A DNA stretch of 63,094 nt, counting the filler, from Craspedostauros australis (taxonomy: Eukaryota), in assembly GCA_030167865.1 (NCBI GenBank). It is 9 parts of 9 records of this genome, joined end to end, with 100 filler letters (N's around TTAATTAATTAA, not from the genome) between each part and the next. Parts side by side here need not be neighbours in the genome. Positions count along the whole stretch, not along the records: positions 9,579 to 14,512 come from JALAGF010001288.1; positions 14,613 to 25,194 come from JALAGF010001289.1; 7 more parts are not named here. One strand, written 5' to 3'. The notes under the pieces are model-generated. The model was not told where the DNA came from. It ran no database searches and saw only the letters and a program-made list of their open reading frames with translations. Positions 10,422 to 23,500 of this stretch are shown here, in pieces. Within the stretch, counting starts at the first letter, position 1. Each line of letters starts with the position of its first letter. A program made the position numbers and the translations under genes.

Positions 10422-11943
10422 TCAACGAATAATGCACCCAGGCGGAGTTGGACAAATGGATGCTTCGCCTGCCGCCAACTTGAACACGTTGGCCTTGGCA
10501 AAGTCCACTGCTCCCTTTGCATTGACAGTATCTCCGTCCATGACAGCCATATTGAAACCAGCAATGTGAGCGCAGAGTTCTGCCACTGTGGACGTTGGAG
10601 GCACATTTTGGAAGTGTTCACAGGCACTGTCGAAGAACAGGTTCCCCTTCTTGTGACCGGCGTAGTATCCTTCCAGAATTGCACGGCACATCCCGAGTTC
10701 AAGGTCTCTCAATTCATTTTCCAATGGCGACGCAATGTCCAGTTCACAACGTGTCATTGGCGGAATTGGGTCCACCACAGAGACCACATATTCTCCGAAC
10801 AGGGCGACGATGATCTTCTGCATGCTGAATCTCTCCAGAGTGCCAAGATAAAGGGAATGGTCAACAAATCCATCCCCGATCATCATGCTCGCGGCAGGCA
10901 GTCGGATGAACTCTTGGGTCTGGTCCAAATTAACCAAAATCTCGCCGATGTTTCCCTCAGTGCTGAATCGTCCAAATGATTGCCCGACAGATGTGAGGAT
11001 AGGATTGGAGAAATTACCAGGGAAGAAGTTGGCGATCGCCCCTTGCACGTTTGCGATGGCTTGGTCATCGACGAGCGGCGAATTGCTGAAAAATGCTCTG
11101 ATCACATCTGTGTTCTGAAAGACCTGTCCCTTCGCGGCTCTGAGTTCAACCAGCTGCAGCTGGGCCTCGGTGATGGCTGGATCTTGCACCCAGAAAGCTC
11201 GGAGCTCATCGACAACGGCACATGCTGTTTCGGTGAACTCTCCGTTGGGCCCAATACCCGGGTTGCCTTCCACACAGGCATCTGATCCAGCAACAGACGT
11301 GATGACGTAAGCCGGAGTGTCGTCACGGCCACCAACTGGAACAACCCAAAATGTAGCGAGTTGTTGGGCGACCGGGATTGGGATTTGAGCAAGCTGGTCG
11401 TAGTACCACGTGTCGCTGGTGCGCCTCCAGGACTCGGTGTCGACTTGTGCATCATCTGATGTGGATTTTGCTTGCTCGGAACTCTTGGATTGCTTGGTCT
11501 TGAGCGTGCGAGTTGAGCCCTTGATGTTGTCATTCCTCTGAGCGACCGTCTTGGTTTCTGATGTGCAATTCATAATGAAAAGGAAGGAGCAAGCGTAGGC
11601 ATATCGGCAGAAGACAGGCGTGGGTGAGGTAAGCGAGATGAACCAAGCGGGTACATGCGTTTTGCGAGCGAATCATTCTGGATGGAGAGGTTGCAACTGG
11701 CGTCCTTGCATGGTGAAGATCTATCGCGGCGACTATTACTATTACTATTACTGTTGCTATTGCGCTTGTTCGACCCCTGGAACGTCATCACACGCAATCG
11801 GTAGATCACAGACGAATCAGCTGCCGATGGAGAAACTGATTGATTGGTTGTTCCTTGTTGTTGAACGTACCTTCGCCCGAAGTGCAGCCCATGAGCGCGC
11901 TCATGCACGAAAGTGCAAGTGCGGCTTTTCCAAACGAAACCAT
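10422..11943 (-). CDS. Secreted protein, 2 exons (11943-11871, 11557-10422; ~402 aa); probable inactive neutral zinc-metallopeptidase homologue
   Basis: Signal-peptide exon MVSFGKAALALSCMSALMGCTSG; GTACGT donor at 11870 and CAG acceptor at 11558 join in frame (G|AA); RTL-KTKQSKSS motif; NPILT, MIGDG and ELG..GYYAGHKKG motifs. Confidence 0.75.
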
Positions 11944-12939
11944 GGTGAGATGATGATGGTGGTGGTGGTGGTGGTGAAGGGATGTGTGATATCGTGTGGG
12001 TATGCTGCGTTGTGGGAGAGTGTGGTCGTCAAAACTTGTGTGTGCCTCTTGTGTTTTTTGTGAGCTGCTGACCGATCTATTCGCATGAACAACTCTGCCT
12101 ACAATGTTGCTGCTTTGCTGTTGAGGTGCAGGTGGCAACGAGAAGTGCAAGTGGCAACGGGAGATCTTGAAGATGGCCGCACACTCAGGGTGACATTCAC
12201 CTCGACAATAATGTCGGTTTGTGCTGGATAAAATGCGACGGCGAATCCGCCGTCGATGCGGAAAGACCGGAGCGATCACACTCGCGCGACACTTGGAGTA
12301 CTATATAAGAAGTACGTGTACGAGTCACTCGCTCGCACGCGCGCATCAGGTGTCATGGTGGGTGGTACTGGTGGCGAAGTAATAGATTGGTGTTGTCTCT
12401 GTGGCCGTTTGCTTCGATGTTGTGTGCCAGGGTTTCCTATCTTCATGCACGACCCGGTGGAAGAGTTATCCCAGCAGTTCATGTGGAAGAGTCAATCAAC
12501 GCCAATTTTGTGGAAGAACAACTTTGTCGTTTTGATGTCGCTCAAGACGATCCAGGTATGGACCAACCTCTTGCGACATGTTGTGAACGAAACTCCAATT
12601 TTCTGCTGGAACACACAACATTTTGTCGATTTCCACTTTTTTACTCGTGACTTACTATACCAGGACTTAAACACAGTGTTGAGACAGAAAAGTGAATCGG
12701 CCGAAATCCTGAAAAGCGTATCTAGTGGCTATTGGCTAATTTCCGCTTTTTTGGCACTTTTTGGTAATTATTGGTAACCATTGGCCTATCGCCGACGGCA
12801 CAAGCAACCATTTGATGAGTTGATGGCCGTTGACCGACATCTTTACATTATTAGAAAGAGGAGAGTGAGAGCTCTCTGTTGATGTGTTCATTGTTGGCAA
12901 ACGGTCTCCGCTTGCTGTTCATCTTGATGCCTGTTTTAA

Positions 12940-14318
12940 CCCTTTATCGGCCTTTTTTGTACGGACGACGGACGGACGTGATTTCGGAATTTTTTCGTTG
13001 GTAACCATTGGTAACCGCGTAGAGTCTACGACGTTCTGGTACAGAAATTTGGTGCTTCTTGGTCCAATCTCGGCCGACGGCCTTCCAAAGACCCGCATCC
13101 AATTCTGTTTCGTCTATTACTCAAGTGAATGACATGGCTGTATTCGTCACTTCATTCTGCTTCGGGTGGTGTGCTGGTCAGCGGTCCAGGATGCCTTTGT
13201 GTGTTGCTTTGGGTGTTTAAAGTTAGTCACTAATGCTCGTGACAGCCATGATCATCAATCCGTGAACATAAAAAAGTTCGCACCAAGAATTATCGCGTGT
13301 TTTTACGTGTTGTTGATTCGGACTGAGTTGCTCACATGAGTCTATCTACTTTATGCAAGGTTGTTGCACCGCCCTGACGTCGGATCATCGTGCGGTTGCC
13401 TTCAATCGACGCAGTATCCTCTCTTGCACCCGCCCATGTAGTGTTAGTCTTCGTCCTTCACTTGCTCCAAACATATACCAACTTTCCTCCATATCAGTGC
13501 TCCTCCAAGTATCACAATCAACTCGTCCACCACCAACACTCCTCTTCACCATGCCTCTCAAAGTTGGTTCCCACGTCCTCTCCAAGTTCAACCATCCCTC
13601 CCACGGATCTCATGGTGAGAAGGTCCCACTCCGCGGCATCGTCCTGAAGTCCCTCACTGATTGTGTCTGGCCGATCCACTGGACCTCGCTTGAGGTTGTG
13701 TGTGACCACCAAGCTGCGACGTTGAAGCTCAACAACAAACCCATCCACCATGCCCCTCCTGACAAGATTACCGACCTCATCCGCACCCGCTACATTGGGA
13801 AGGGTGTGTTGGCACTGCAACGCTTCCAGAAGAAGCGTGCATTCGTTGCTGCGCCCCATGCAGAGCTCTAGATTGGCTCAGCAGTCAGGAACCTGAAGGC
13901 CGGCGTCTCCATCGCCCACGCATCGACCGCAAACCACCCCAATCGCTCCCATCATGGCCACCCTGAATCGATGTCAAGAGTTCCTCCAGCTGGATCAGAC
14001 TCCGCCTCTCGCTCTTTTCGCGTCAAAGGAGCAATCTCCGATGGCGACGAGCTTCGTGCCGATCTTCGCAGCAGCAGCCGTGATGCCTCTGATGGAGCCA
14101 ATGATGCTGATGGTGGCGGCGACTTGCCAATGGGCGATGACGCCAGCGCCTTGTCAGTCCATGATGGACCACACCTCGACTACTCCTTTCGAGGCAACCG
14201 ACTGGCTGACGCAGTGTCGCACAGGGCAGCCAAGCTTGCCCTTATGGGGGCGAATGTGGTTGTGGGCAAGGGCCTTGATACTCAGACCTGGACTGTGGTT
14301 CCTGACGACCACATCCAG
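12940..14318 (+). mobile_element. Putative piggyBac-like element 5' portion with degraded transposase N-terminus
   Basis: TTAA|CCCTTT terminus at 12936-12945; interrupted ORF from 13551 (MPLKVGSHV...) to LMGANVVVGKGLDTQTWTVVPDDH; cut by an LTR at 14319. No DDD core is visible. Confidence 0.4.
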
Positions 14319-14512
14319 TGTTGGCAAGTTCCATGATTGGAAGCCTACAATCGTGGAAGACGGTGTTGTTGATAGTCGGTCTGTTTGCTATTTCATTACA
14401 TTGAGACTCCGATCCTCTCGGTGTCCGTTCTCTTGCCCGATGCTCTCGGCGCTTCAATCTGTTTCGTAGATTCGGTCTCCTCTACCTCCGACTATGAGTC
14501 GGTACGCGAGAT
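14319..14512 (+). mobile_element. LTR 5' part, truncated by a gap
   Basis: Starts TGTTGGCAAGTTCC; homologous to the reverse complement of 255-443, with homology starting exactly at TG. Confidence 0.7.
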
Positions 14513-14612
14513 NNNNNNNNNNNNNNNNNNNNNNNNNNNNNNNNNNNNNNNNNNNNTTAATTAATTAANNNNNNNNNNNNNNNNNNNNNNNNNNNNNNNN
14601 NNNNNNNNNNNN

Positions 14613-14710
14613 AGCACCACCAGCACCAGCACCACCACCAGCACCACCACCAGCACCACCACCAGCACCACCACCACCATCACCACCAGCACCACCATCA
14701 CCAGCACCAT
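14613..14710 (+). repeat. (CCACCAGCA/CCA)n low-complexity repeat
   Basis: Read directly. Confidence 0.85.
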
Positions 14711-15739
14711 TGCCACCATGACTCCCACCAGGTTATCTTGCAGCCATTGTGATGACTGCAAGAGCAGAAGCAAGAGCTCTGCTGGCTGCTGAAAACCAGG
14801 CAGAAGGCTTCTTGGCAGGCGCAGTTCCAGTGGCAACAGCAGCAGAACAAGCAGCAGAGGAAGCAGCAGAAGAAGCAGCAGCGGAGGTAGCAGTGGGTGA
14901 TGGGAAGCTCTCCCTCAACCACTTCATCCACCAATTCCCAGGCTGCGCTGGGATTGGTGGTGACAGTGAGGAGGAGAATACACATGCAACCAATTGCAGA
15001 AAAGGAATGTGAATCAAGTGAATGTGAAATGAAACAGTGCAGTAGACAATTTAAAGTAACAGTGATTCAGTACCCTCAACTCTCTCTGCAGTGTATTTGC
15101 AGTTACGCGCCATGAATGTGTTGCATTGGCTTGTTGATGCCAAGTTTGGGGGGCAACAGGTGTGTGTGCGCGTTGGTTGTTTGGATGCGGGAGTCAATAT
15201 AGTACCAGATATTGCCCGTTGGGAGTCACGTGAATTCTACATTTAGATCAGTAAATACAAAAAGGAGTCTTTCAAAACCGATGGATTACCGCACCTCCCA
15301 GGATGTTCAGATGATCGATCGTGCCTGTTTTGACACATTATTTCGTGCAATGCATTGCCCCACAAGTATGACTTTCCATGCCTGTCCACTCATGCCAAGA
15401 CTAGAGGTCTTGGGAGATCTCTGTTTGATGTTGCAGGCATACATTTGGTCTTGAATGAATGTGATGTTAGCATAGGCCAATGTTGGAATCCTGTGGCATA
15501 CATCAGCTATTATGGCTTGACAGCAGCACATTGCATAGATCCAGGAAGTGTATCTTGACCTTTCTGCATGGAAGTTGTAGATCACAATGGGCAGTCTTGG
15601 TTTGATGCTCACGCTAGTGCAATTGTGATGGTGATGCTCAGTTTTTGCCTGTACACAACAAAAGACTGAACAGAAGGTAACAAAGGTGACAAATTGGACC
15701 TCTTTGCTTGAAATCATTAGGGAGTCCCAACATTGTCCG

Positions 15740-17220
15740 TGGGAGGCCATCAACTCTAACTTGGGACTATATTCCGTCTTCACTGGTGGCCCCACACACG
15801 GACTCCTCACCGAGGACGGTATCCTATTCTGGAACGAGCTCCTCAACACCTATGACAACGACTGGATCAGAGGAATGGAGGTCGACTCTCTGATGAAGAG
15901 GGTGCACGATTTCAATCCCAGTAGACAGGACCTGGGATCCTACGTGAAAGAGATCCAGGACATATTCGCAAATGTGAATTTCCTGGCAACCAACCCAGAT
16001 CAACAAGTCTCCGACGCGCAACAACGTCGTACGCTCCTTAACCACCTCATCGGTTGCGACGACATCAACGTACGCACCATGGTCCGGAGCATCGAGCGAA
16101 GCCCGGACATGCAGTCGATGGGAGCCACCTGCATGTACCTCATCTCCGAGTCCGCCAGAGACACTGCGGCGGCCAACAACCAGCGGGGATCAAGATCCAG
16201 CAAACGCAGGATTTTCAAGGCAACCACCGAAGCCAGTCAAGATCACGGCGAATCCAATACCGAGATGGTCATCAATGCCATCTCGAAGAAACTACAGGAA
16301 GATCCCACCTTCATCTCGCAAGAGGTATTCGATGGACTACCCGAAAAGGTCCGCCGAGTGATCATGAAACTCCGCAGCTCCCTCCGTTGGGCCCGTCGCA
16401 ACAATGACCGGAACGGATCCGGGTTCACCCGCGTCGAGAACAAGAAGGAGCAGGATGACACCCAACCACCTGCCAGCGTGAAGCCCCCAGAGAAGGGGAG
16501 GAAGCCAAGCCACACAAGCAGTATGGAGGCGTAACCCATGCGAACCTGGCCAGGTACACCCCAGGATTCACCGAGGGAACCGATTCCCAGGACGAGAACG
16601 GCTCGGATCTATCCTCAATTGACGCTTCGGAACTTGCCAAGTTCCTGGTCGACTATGGAGGGTACGACGAAAATGGCAACGACTGGCTTGTGAAGATGAT
16701 CACGATGAGTGACTCATCCGACGCCACAAGCCCCATCGATCCACCAGCACCCAACCAACGTCAATCAGTACCCGAACAGCTGATCAACCTGGCGACCTTT
16801 TCCCCGCAAACATACGCAGTATGCGACGGCGGCGCACAATGCTGCGTCATCAGGAACAAGGAGCGAGTCTGGAAGATTGATTACATCTACCCACATCGAA
16901 CATACAACATTGTCGGCGCCGTGGCAAGCACAATGAGGAAGAACAACCTCGCGGTGGTAGATGCGAGCATCAAGGCTAGGCCCAAGGAAGGGAACAAAGT
17001 GATCCTTCGAGTCTACGAAGCCGCTTTGAACGTTGACAGCTGCGTGACATTGCTATCTGACCACCAAATTCGGGCCAGTGGAACCGTCCTCGATACGGTT
17101 TCGTCAGAGCACCGAGCGTCGTTCTCCACACCAGGTACAGGAAGACAATGCCTGATGCCTGACAAGGACACAACAATCAACTTGGAGATGCAGGACACAC
17201 TAATAACTTTCGACAGTTTG
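15740..17220 (+). mobile_element. Ty1/Copia (CoDi-type) gag-protease fragment, frameshifted and truncated
   Basis: Gag-like DGILFWNELLNTYDND; protease YAVCDGGAQCCVI; ILRVYEAALN..TLLSDHQIRASGTVLDTVS; frame break near 16530. Confidence 0.75.
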
Positions 17221-18517
17221 CGAGGGGGGAGTGCCTGGGGATGGAGTTGCATCAACAACCAGTGGAGTAGTGGCGTTTGTACTAATCTTGTCTTGTGCCA
17301 TTGCATTTGGATGCAAGGGGATTTTGACTTGATCAGTTGATGTAGATAGGATGAAGAAATGATGTTCGCACAGTTGGTGTGGCTCTGCACTGATCCTCAG
17401 GGGTTCAGTGTTGAGGACTGACAAGGCTCCTTGCTCTTGTTGATCTCTCCATCTGCAGTTGTCTTCCAGTAGTAAGTACTGGCACCTGACACCTTGTTGA
17501 GGGTGCAAATGAAGACACAGCAGATTGTTTTTTGGAATTCAGAGTTAGATTCTCTGCTTGTGTTGAACCAGGTTGGATTTCTTTGCTATCATTGCAGTGT
17601 GTGAGCGGATGTCCTAGCTGAGGAGGGAATTGGGGCGGGTTGCAGTACGCAGGTTCAGCAAGAATTTAGTTCCCAGGACAGCTTGGATCGAGTCAATCAT
17701 GCCTTTGAGTCAGTGATGGTCTGTGAATAAAATATGGGAAGAGAAAAGGGGTGACAGTTGTCAGGGTTAGAAGAGTTTGCGCAACAGTGAATGTCAGGAA
17801 ATGACATGGGACACACTAAACGGAAAATAGTCTGTCCTTAAGTGAACTTCAACTCTATTGTAAAATCACATTGTCAGTGGAAAAGCAAAGTAGCATGCTG
17901 GTATTCCAACCCGGAGCCTCAGGTAGAATTTCTGGTGCTCTGCTGTTGAGCTACAGGTGCTGCAGTTGCTGAAACGGACAAATGTGTAATTTATAGATAG
18001 TGGGAGCTACGGGAGTAACGGACTTAACACTAAACGGATATATGCTGATAAAGGCGATGCGGGGCATGTCAACGCTACGGAGAGTGTTGGTTGGCCGAAT
18101 CATCCAATGCAACCAACTTGTCATTGCCCCACTGCTGCATCTCAGCTTCAGTGAGTTGGAACAAAGCAAGTGGGCAATGCACATGCAGCTCTCAATTATT
18201 GCTCGTTGGCTTGAACAAGAGCGCCAAGGAGACGATCAGATATTCATCCATGGGCATGAGACCGTACTTGCTCTGTAGAAGACAAACTGTGCCAACAGAC
18301 ACCAGAATTTACTGGCAAATCATTTGTATTCTTGTCCTCGTGTTCGTACTGGAGTTGGCTATTGGCAAACAGCCATGCAGGTTGTGAAAACAACATGCCA
18401 AACTAGGACAAGCAGATCTTCTCATCATCAGCAGCAGAGCATCAAATCAGTTTGTATTGCAGTCACATGCAGTGCTGCATCAATTCCATCGGTTGAGGCT
18501 TGGCAGAGGTTGTTGGG

Positions 18518-18960
18518 TGTCAGGAATTGAGGGTACGGTTTAGTCGTATTAACCTGTGATTGCCGCTCCTCCCAGCATGCCAATGATAGACCAATTGGTC
18601 TATCAAAGATGGACACACTCTGACTATCTTGTCGCCTGTCCTCCCTGTATATCAAGAGTATGAGCACACCACATGATCCACCTGATCCATTTTCTGATGA
18701 GTCTGTGTCCTTGTGTGCTGAAACGATTCTTCCTTCGCTCACAGATCCAACCACACAGAGACACACTACGGAATAAATCCTGACTCACAATCCAAGTCAT
18801 CTCATCTGTATTGTGATGTGTCCAATGCAGTATCCTAGACAATGGACACCTGCAATTAGGTTGTGCATGGCGTATTGACATCTCAAATGAGGTTTAGGGC
18901 GGTCAGGAATCGAGGGTACGATTTAGTCGAATCATCCTTTGATTGCCGCACCTCCCAAAA
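18518..18960 (+). mobile_element. Two LTR 5'-end fragments (18518, 18901) of the TGTCAGGAATCG Copia LTR family
   Basis: TGTCAGGAATTGAGGGTACG...TGATTGCCGCTCCTCCCA and GGTCAGGAATCGAGGGTACG...TGATTGCCGCACCTCCCA match the LTR starts at 25946(+) and 26868(-). Confidence 0.7.
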
Positions 18961-18973
18961 CAACGTATTATTC

Positions 18974-19513
18974 TCAAGTGCCTTCGCTGGTCATTTCTGT
19001 GCCGTCGGAAAAGTATCCGATTGGGTCATCAAGAACGGATGCCTTGGCATATTGAGATTCAAATGGGGCCAGGTCCATCATCTTGGATGCCTCACTAACC
19101 TTAATGTATTCCAGTGGCATTTGGAGCTGAATGCAGTTCTTGCAGATGGTTCCGGTTGAAGCCACACTGCTGCGGGTGAGGCATGTATCCATTCTGGTGC
19201 TTCTTGCAGTGGCATCCATGATTTTTTCATCAAATGGTGCACTGAAGTAGCTCTCCTCATCCGAATCAATGCTGTCCTCAAGGTTCTCTGGTGGAGAGAA
19301 CCTTGCCTTCTTGGCAATGCGGCGATCCACCAAGGGCATCCCAAACTCGATGCCCCTCACGTCGTAGGTGCGCTTCAGCTTGATGCAACAAGCCTCGGTG
19401 CAGACACCAACAAGGTCTTCCTCCATGCCCAAACTATCTTCTCCATCAATGACAAGGACAGTGGCCTCCTCCGGCTCTGAGTGCTTCTGTGGGGACAGGT
19501 GGGAATGACTCAT
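18974..19513 (-). CDS. Hypothetical acidic protein divergent from the tyrosine-recombinase relic (possibly a relic itself)
   Basis: ~179-aa open frame with a CAAAATG start context and a KKARFS NLS-like motif; ends next to an LTR fragment. Confidence 0.35.
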   Translation of the reverse strand: MSHSHLSPQKHSEPEEATVLVIDGEDSLGMEEDLVGVCTEACCIKLKRTYDVRGIEFGMPLVDRRIAKKARFSPPENLEDSIDSDEESYFSAPFDEKIMDATARSTRMDTCLTRSSVASTGTICKNCIQLQMPLEYIKVSEASKMMDLAPFESQYAKASVLDDPIGYFSDGTEMTSEGT

Positions 19514-19550
19514 TTTGTTCAATTTTCTTCAGTGCGTCTTTATATTGTAA

Positions 19551-19695
19551 TACTGAGATGCAATGAGATGAAACGAGATGAAAAGAGATGCAAAGAGATA
19601 AAATGAGATACAGTGAGATAAAGTGAGATGCGCTGTGTTGTGATGGGCTGTGTTTGAGAGAGTGTTTCTGTTTGAGAGAGTGTTTCTGTTCGAGA
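19551..19695 (+). repeat. 8 x 10-bp NNNNGAGATR array followed by an 18-bp TGTTTGAGAGAGTGTTTC repeat
   Basis: Read directly. Confidence 0.85.
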
Positions 19696-20589
19696 CGACT
19701 TACTTGTTGTTGATGCTCGCTGTTGCTGTGTTTTTTCGTCGATTTTTGCCGTTTTTTGTTCTTGATGTTGTTGCCTGTCGCCTGTTGCCTGATGCTCGAT
19801 GCCTGGTGCCTGGTCCCTGATCAGTAGGTCAGAGAACGAGGGCTCGTTGCCATGTTATTGGTGATTTTTGCCGCGTGTTTGGTCTTGATGAAGTTGATTT
19901 TCTTTGTTTCCTTAGCGTCTTCGGTGTGTTTGGGAGTGTTTGATCGCACTTCGTGGGATGTGTGCTTGGGCTGTCAGAGCACAGTATGTATGCTGTGATT
20001 GGAGCAATGGTGCAAGTTGGTGAACTATGGAACTTCTGAGCATGAATATGAGTTGCAATGATGTCCAAAAGTGGATTTCTGTGGCAAGCAAGGGAACAGG
20101 GGAGGAATGTGGTAGATCTAGTGCTTCATTGTGTCGAATCCCATGAGTTCCATGAGTTCCATGAGCTCGTTGCCCTGCAAAAGCTGGCACTGTCGGCATG
20201 CTTTTGTGACATCCATCGATCCCAAATTGTGAGCGGACGCAACTGTGACTGACTCCCCATGGGACCCAGTCCTGAACAACAAAGACAGCCATCGACCAGC
20301 ATACGCCATTTCACTTTTCAGACCACCTTGTGTCCCACTACCAACAGGCCACCCAGCTAGTGTCCATCCTTCTACAGGCCACACCAGCACCACCAATCCA
20401 GATCATCCCTAGCTACCCACAAGCCAGCACCACCCATCCACCATGTCCCCACCCATCCACAAGTCATCCACAAGTCAATCACTTCCTCCCTACCAGCCTG
20501 AAACCAGCCAAGTTGTCTATAGCCAGTAGCAACTAACCAACACATCTCTAGCCATAATTCATCACAACACAACCAACACATTCAACTAA

Positions 20590-23500
20590 TGTAGATGCCC
20601 CTGATGTGCCAGCAGAGGAAAGGCTTCCAGGCACTGATGGGATGTTCAACTTTTCAACACTGTGAAGGACAATCGACAGATGTATCTCACACCCAAAGAG
20701 AAACAAGATTTGAACAGAATGGAGAAGCCAGTACATGATTTCTTCCTTCACAGCACTCATGAAGGTGAAAACCTACCAACTGACAGGCCAGACAAAGACC
20801 CACACAGAGACACCATGGACTTCAACCTACATGAGACCTGGGAGTCACTGCTCTCTGGAGATCAAATGGGATCTTGCCTGGCTCTGTACATCACATGGAC
20901 TGTGTTGTACAGAATCCCTACCATCAGCCTCCACACCATTGTGGCCAAGGATGCCAGAAGGCCATACAATGAAATCTCCAAGAGGTTCCCATACTGGTGC
21001 ACCATCAACAATACAGCTGCAGGGCTCAAGGCCCTCTCTCACAGCTCCCCAAACTTCTCCATTATCTACCACAACCTAGAAAGAATCAACATACAGCCAG
21101 CCCAGGCTGTACAGAGGTCAGAGCCACTCACACTCCCTGACATCAGAAGGCTGCAACAAGGTGCACCTTCCACACCCAATGGATACAGAGATATTGCTCT
21201 GCTCTTCATTCTCTTTGAAACTGGAGCAAGGGGCACAGCAGCCATTGACAAAGCAATGAAGTGGCTCACATACAACAAAGACACCAAACAGGATGTCATC
21301 TACTTCAAGTCACAGAAATGGAGCAGAGACTGATATGACACCAAGGGAGGCAGTGCTGAGTGTTGAGGCCTCTGTGGCTAATAGAGCTAAACTAGTACCC
21401 AACTTAGAGAGAGAGACTACGAATCACCCGACCTGTCAGCATTCCAGTAGATCGAACAGATACTTCACCGGCCCCCACGTTTGGGGACAGATCCAGACCA
21501 TTGAAGCAGATCTTTGGAACCCGTGTCAAGGAACCAGTAGGGTTCCGATAATCGAGATACTGACACCCACCATCGCCAAAACACCGACACAGGGAAACAG
21601 TACCCCAGCAACGCACATCATTGCACCTTGTCTCTCACGGAACACAGCCAAGGGATCTCGACCCACGGTACATGGGCTACACGACCCATACGCACTGTCA
21701 CTCAGGACATCACAGGAGATCCTCTCCGCAGGGAAGAACCATAGCACTAATCTCATAATCCGCACATTTCTTCACCATCTACCAGTATTCTCAATTGACT
21801 ACTTGTGGAACAGAAGACTCTCGTTCGGACCGCTTGCCAATCAAGCCTCTGCCCAAAGCTATCAACAGCCAACAAGACAACAGCCATTACGTTTGGGCTC
21901 TATTAGTGGCCATGAGATGATATCTGAGAACATACAGACTGCAGAAGTGGAAACACCCTGGCCATCTCTTTGGTATTGCCCAGACTGAACAGATTTGCAA
22001 CAACATCAGAGCTCTCTGCCACTATGCAGGATACCCTGAGAGATACTTCTCTACTCATTCGGCTGCAAAAGGAAAGATGAACGATATCATTTGCAATTGC
22101 AAGCTGAAGGGTGAGCCAATCTCTGTGGGACCTGCTGATGCCGGGATCATTGGAGATTACACCACTACATCAAATGCACTGAGGCTGTGCTTTAGAAGCT
22201 TCTCAGATCGAGCTGATATGCATGGTGAGCAAATTGATTCCATGGACCAGCTGAAAGTGGAATAGCTTCATCCAGAGTTGCAGGGCAAGCTGCTCCCTGT
22301 CGTCAGACCATATCACTTGGTCACAGCCAATACCTTGTCTGAAAACATGAGACAAGAACTGGTTGAAATGGTCAATTGCCTCAAGTCAGACTCACCCACC
22401 AATGTCACCATGGAGGGAATGACAGCCAAGGAGATTCCTTCTCATATCTGGTGAACTCTGGTAAAAAGAATGAGAGACTGTGACTACCTTGGCAACTCCA
22501 CCTATGAAATTGGAAGGGCCATCAAGATAGGCATGGCCACAGATCATTTCAGAAGTTTTGGCAGGTGCTTGAGGTTCACAATGGCAACTGGTGATCTCAC
22601 CATCAACAAGCTGATCAAGTTGCCAGAAGATGCCATGCTTGAGGCCAGTGAACACATGCTGATGTACTTCAGATTGCCCAAGCTCAACAAGGGAGACAAG
22701 AGACAACTCATGGAGAGACCCAAGACCAAGTTTGATGCCTTGGAGTCAACCAATATCAAGCTTTACATCAAGGGACTCAAGAACAGGCTCCAAATTTGTA
22801 CAGAGGGTATTGTCATGGTGGCATCCACACAGTACAATGCAACCAAGGTCACTGACAACCAGGTGGCCATGATAGAGCAAGCAAAGCACAGTGGCCAGAA
22901 TGTGGATGAGACTGCGTTCTATGAAGCAGAACCTGATACTAAGGTGGCAGATCAAGTCACTGCCCCAGTCTACAAATCATCTGATGAAGAAGAGGAAGAG
23001 GAGGTTGCCAAAGCCACAGCACCAATATATGAATCTTCTGATGAGGAAGATGAAGAGCCAGTCCGGGTCATGGGAGGAGGCCCCCAGTATGAGCCTTCTG
23101 ATGAGGAGGAACAAGAAGAGACATATCTTGCTGTTCCAAGGAGACCACCACAGAAGCCTGAATCTCCACAGAATGATGATATGAAGCCCTCCTCCTCTGA
23201 AGGAGATGAGTGCAAGGACAAAGACTCGACGGATCCTGTGAATTCCACTGGTGGCTCTGGTGAGTCATGGGTTCCTTCCTCATCTGAGGTGGAGAGTGAT
23301 GACAACAACCCTTCCCATTTTGCTTCATGCCTCTCCAAGATGATCCACATTCATGACACTGACAGTGGCATTGGTGCTGGAAAACCATCTGTCATCATCT
23401 CACCCTCCGCATCTCCTTTGAAGAGGCCACACAGGGCAACCAGGGCTTCAACTTGTGCCCAACACATTGCAACCATGTCAGTTGCTGCAACAATGAATGA

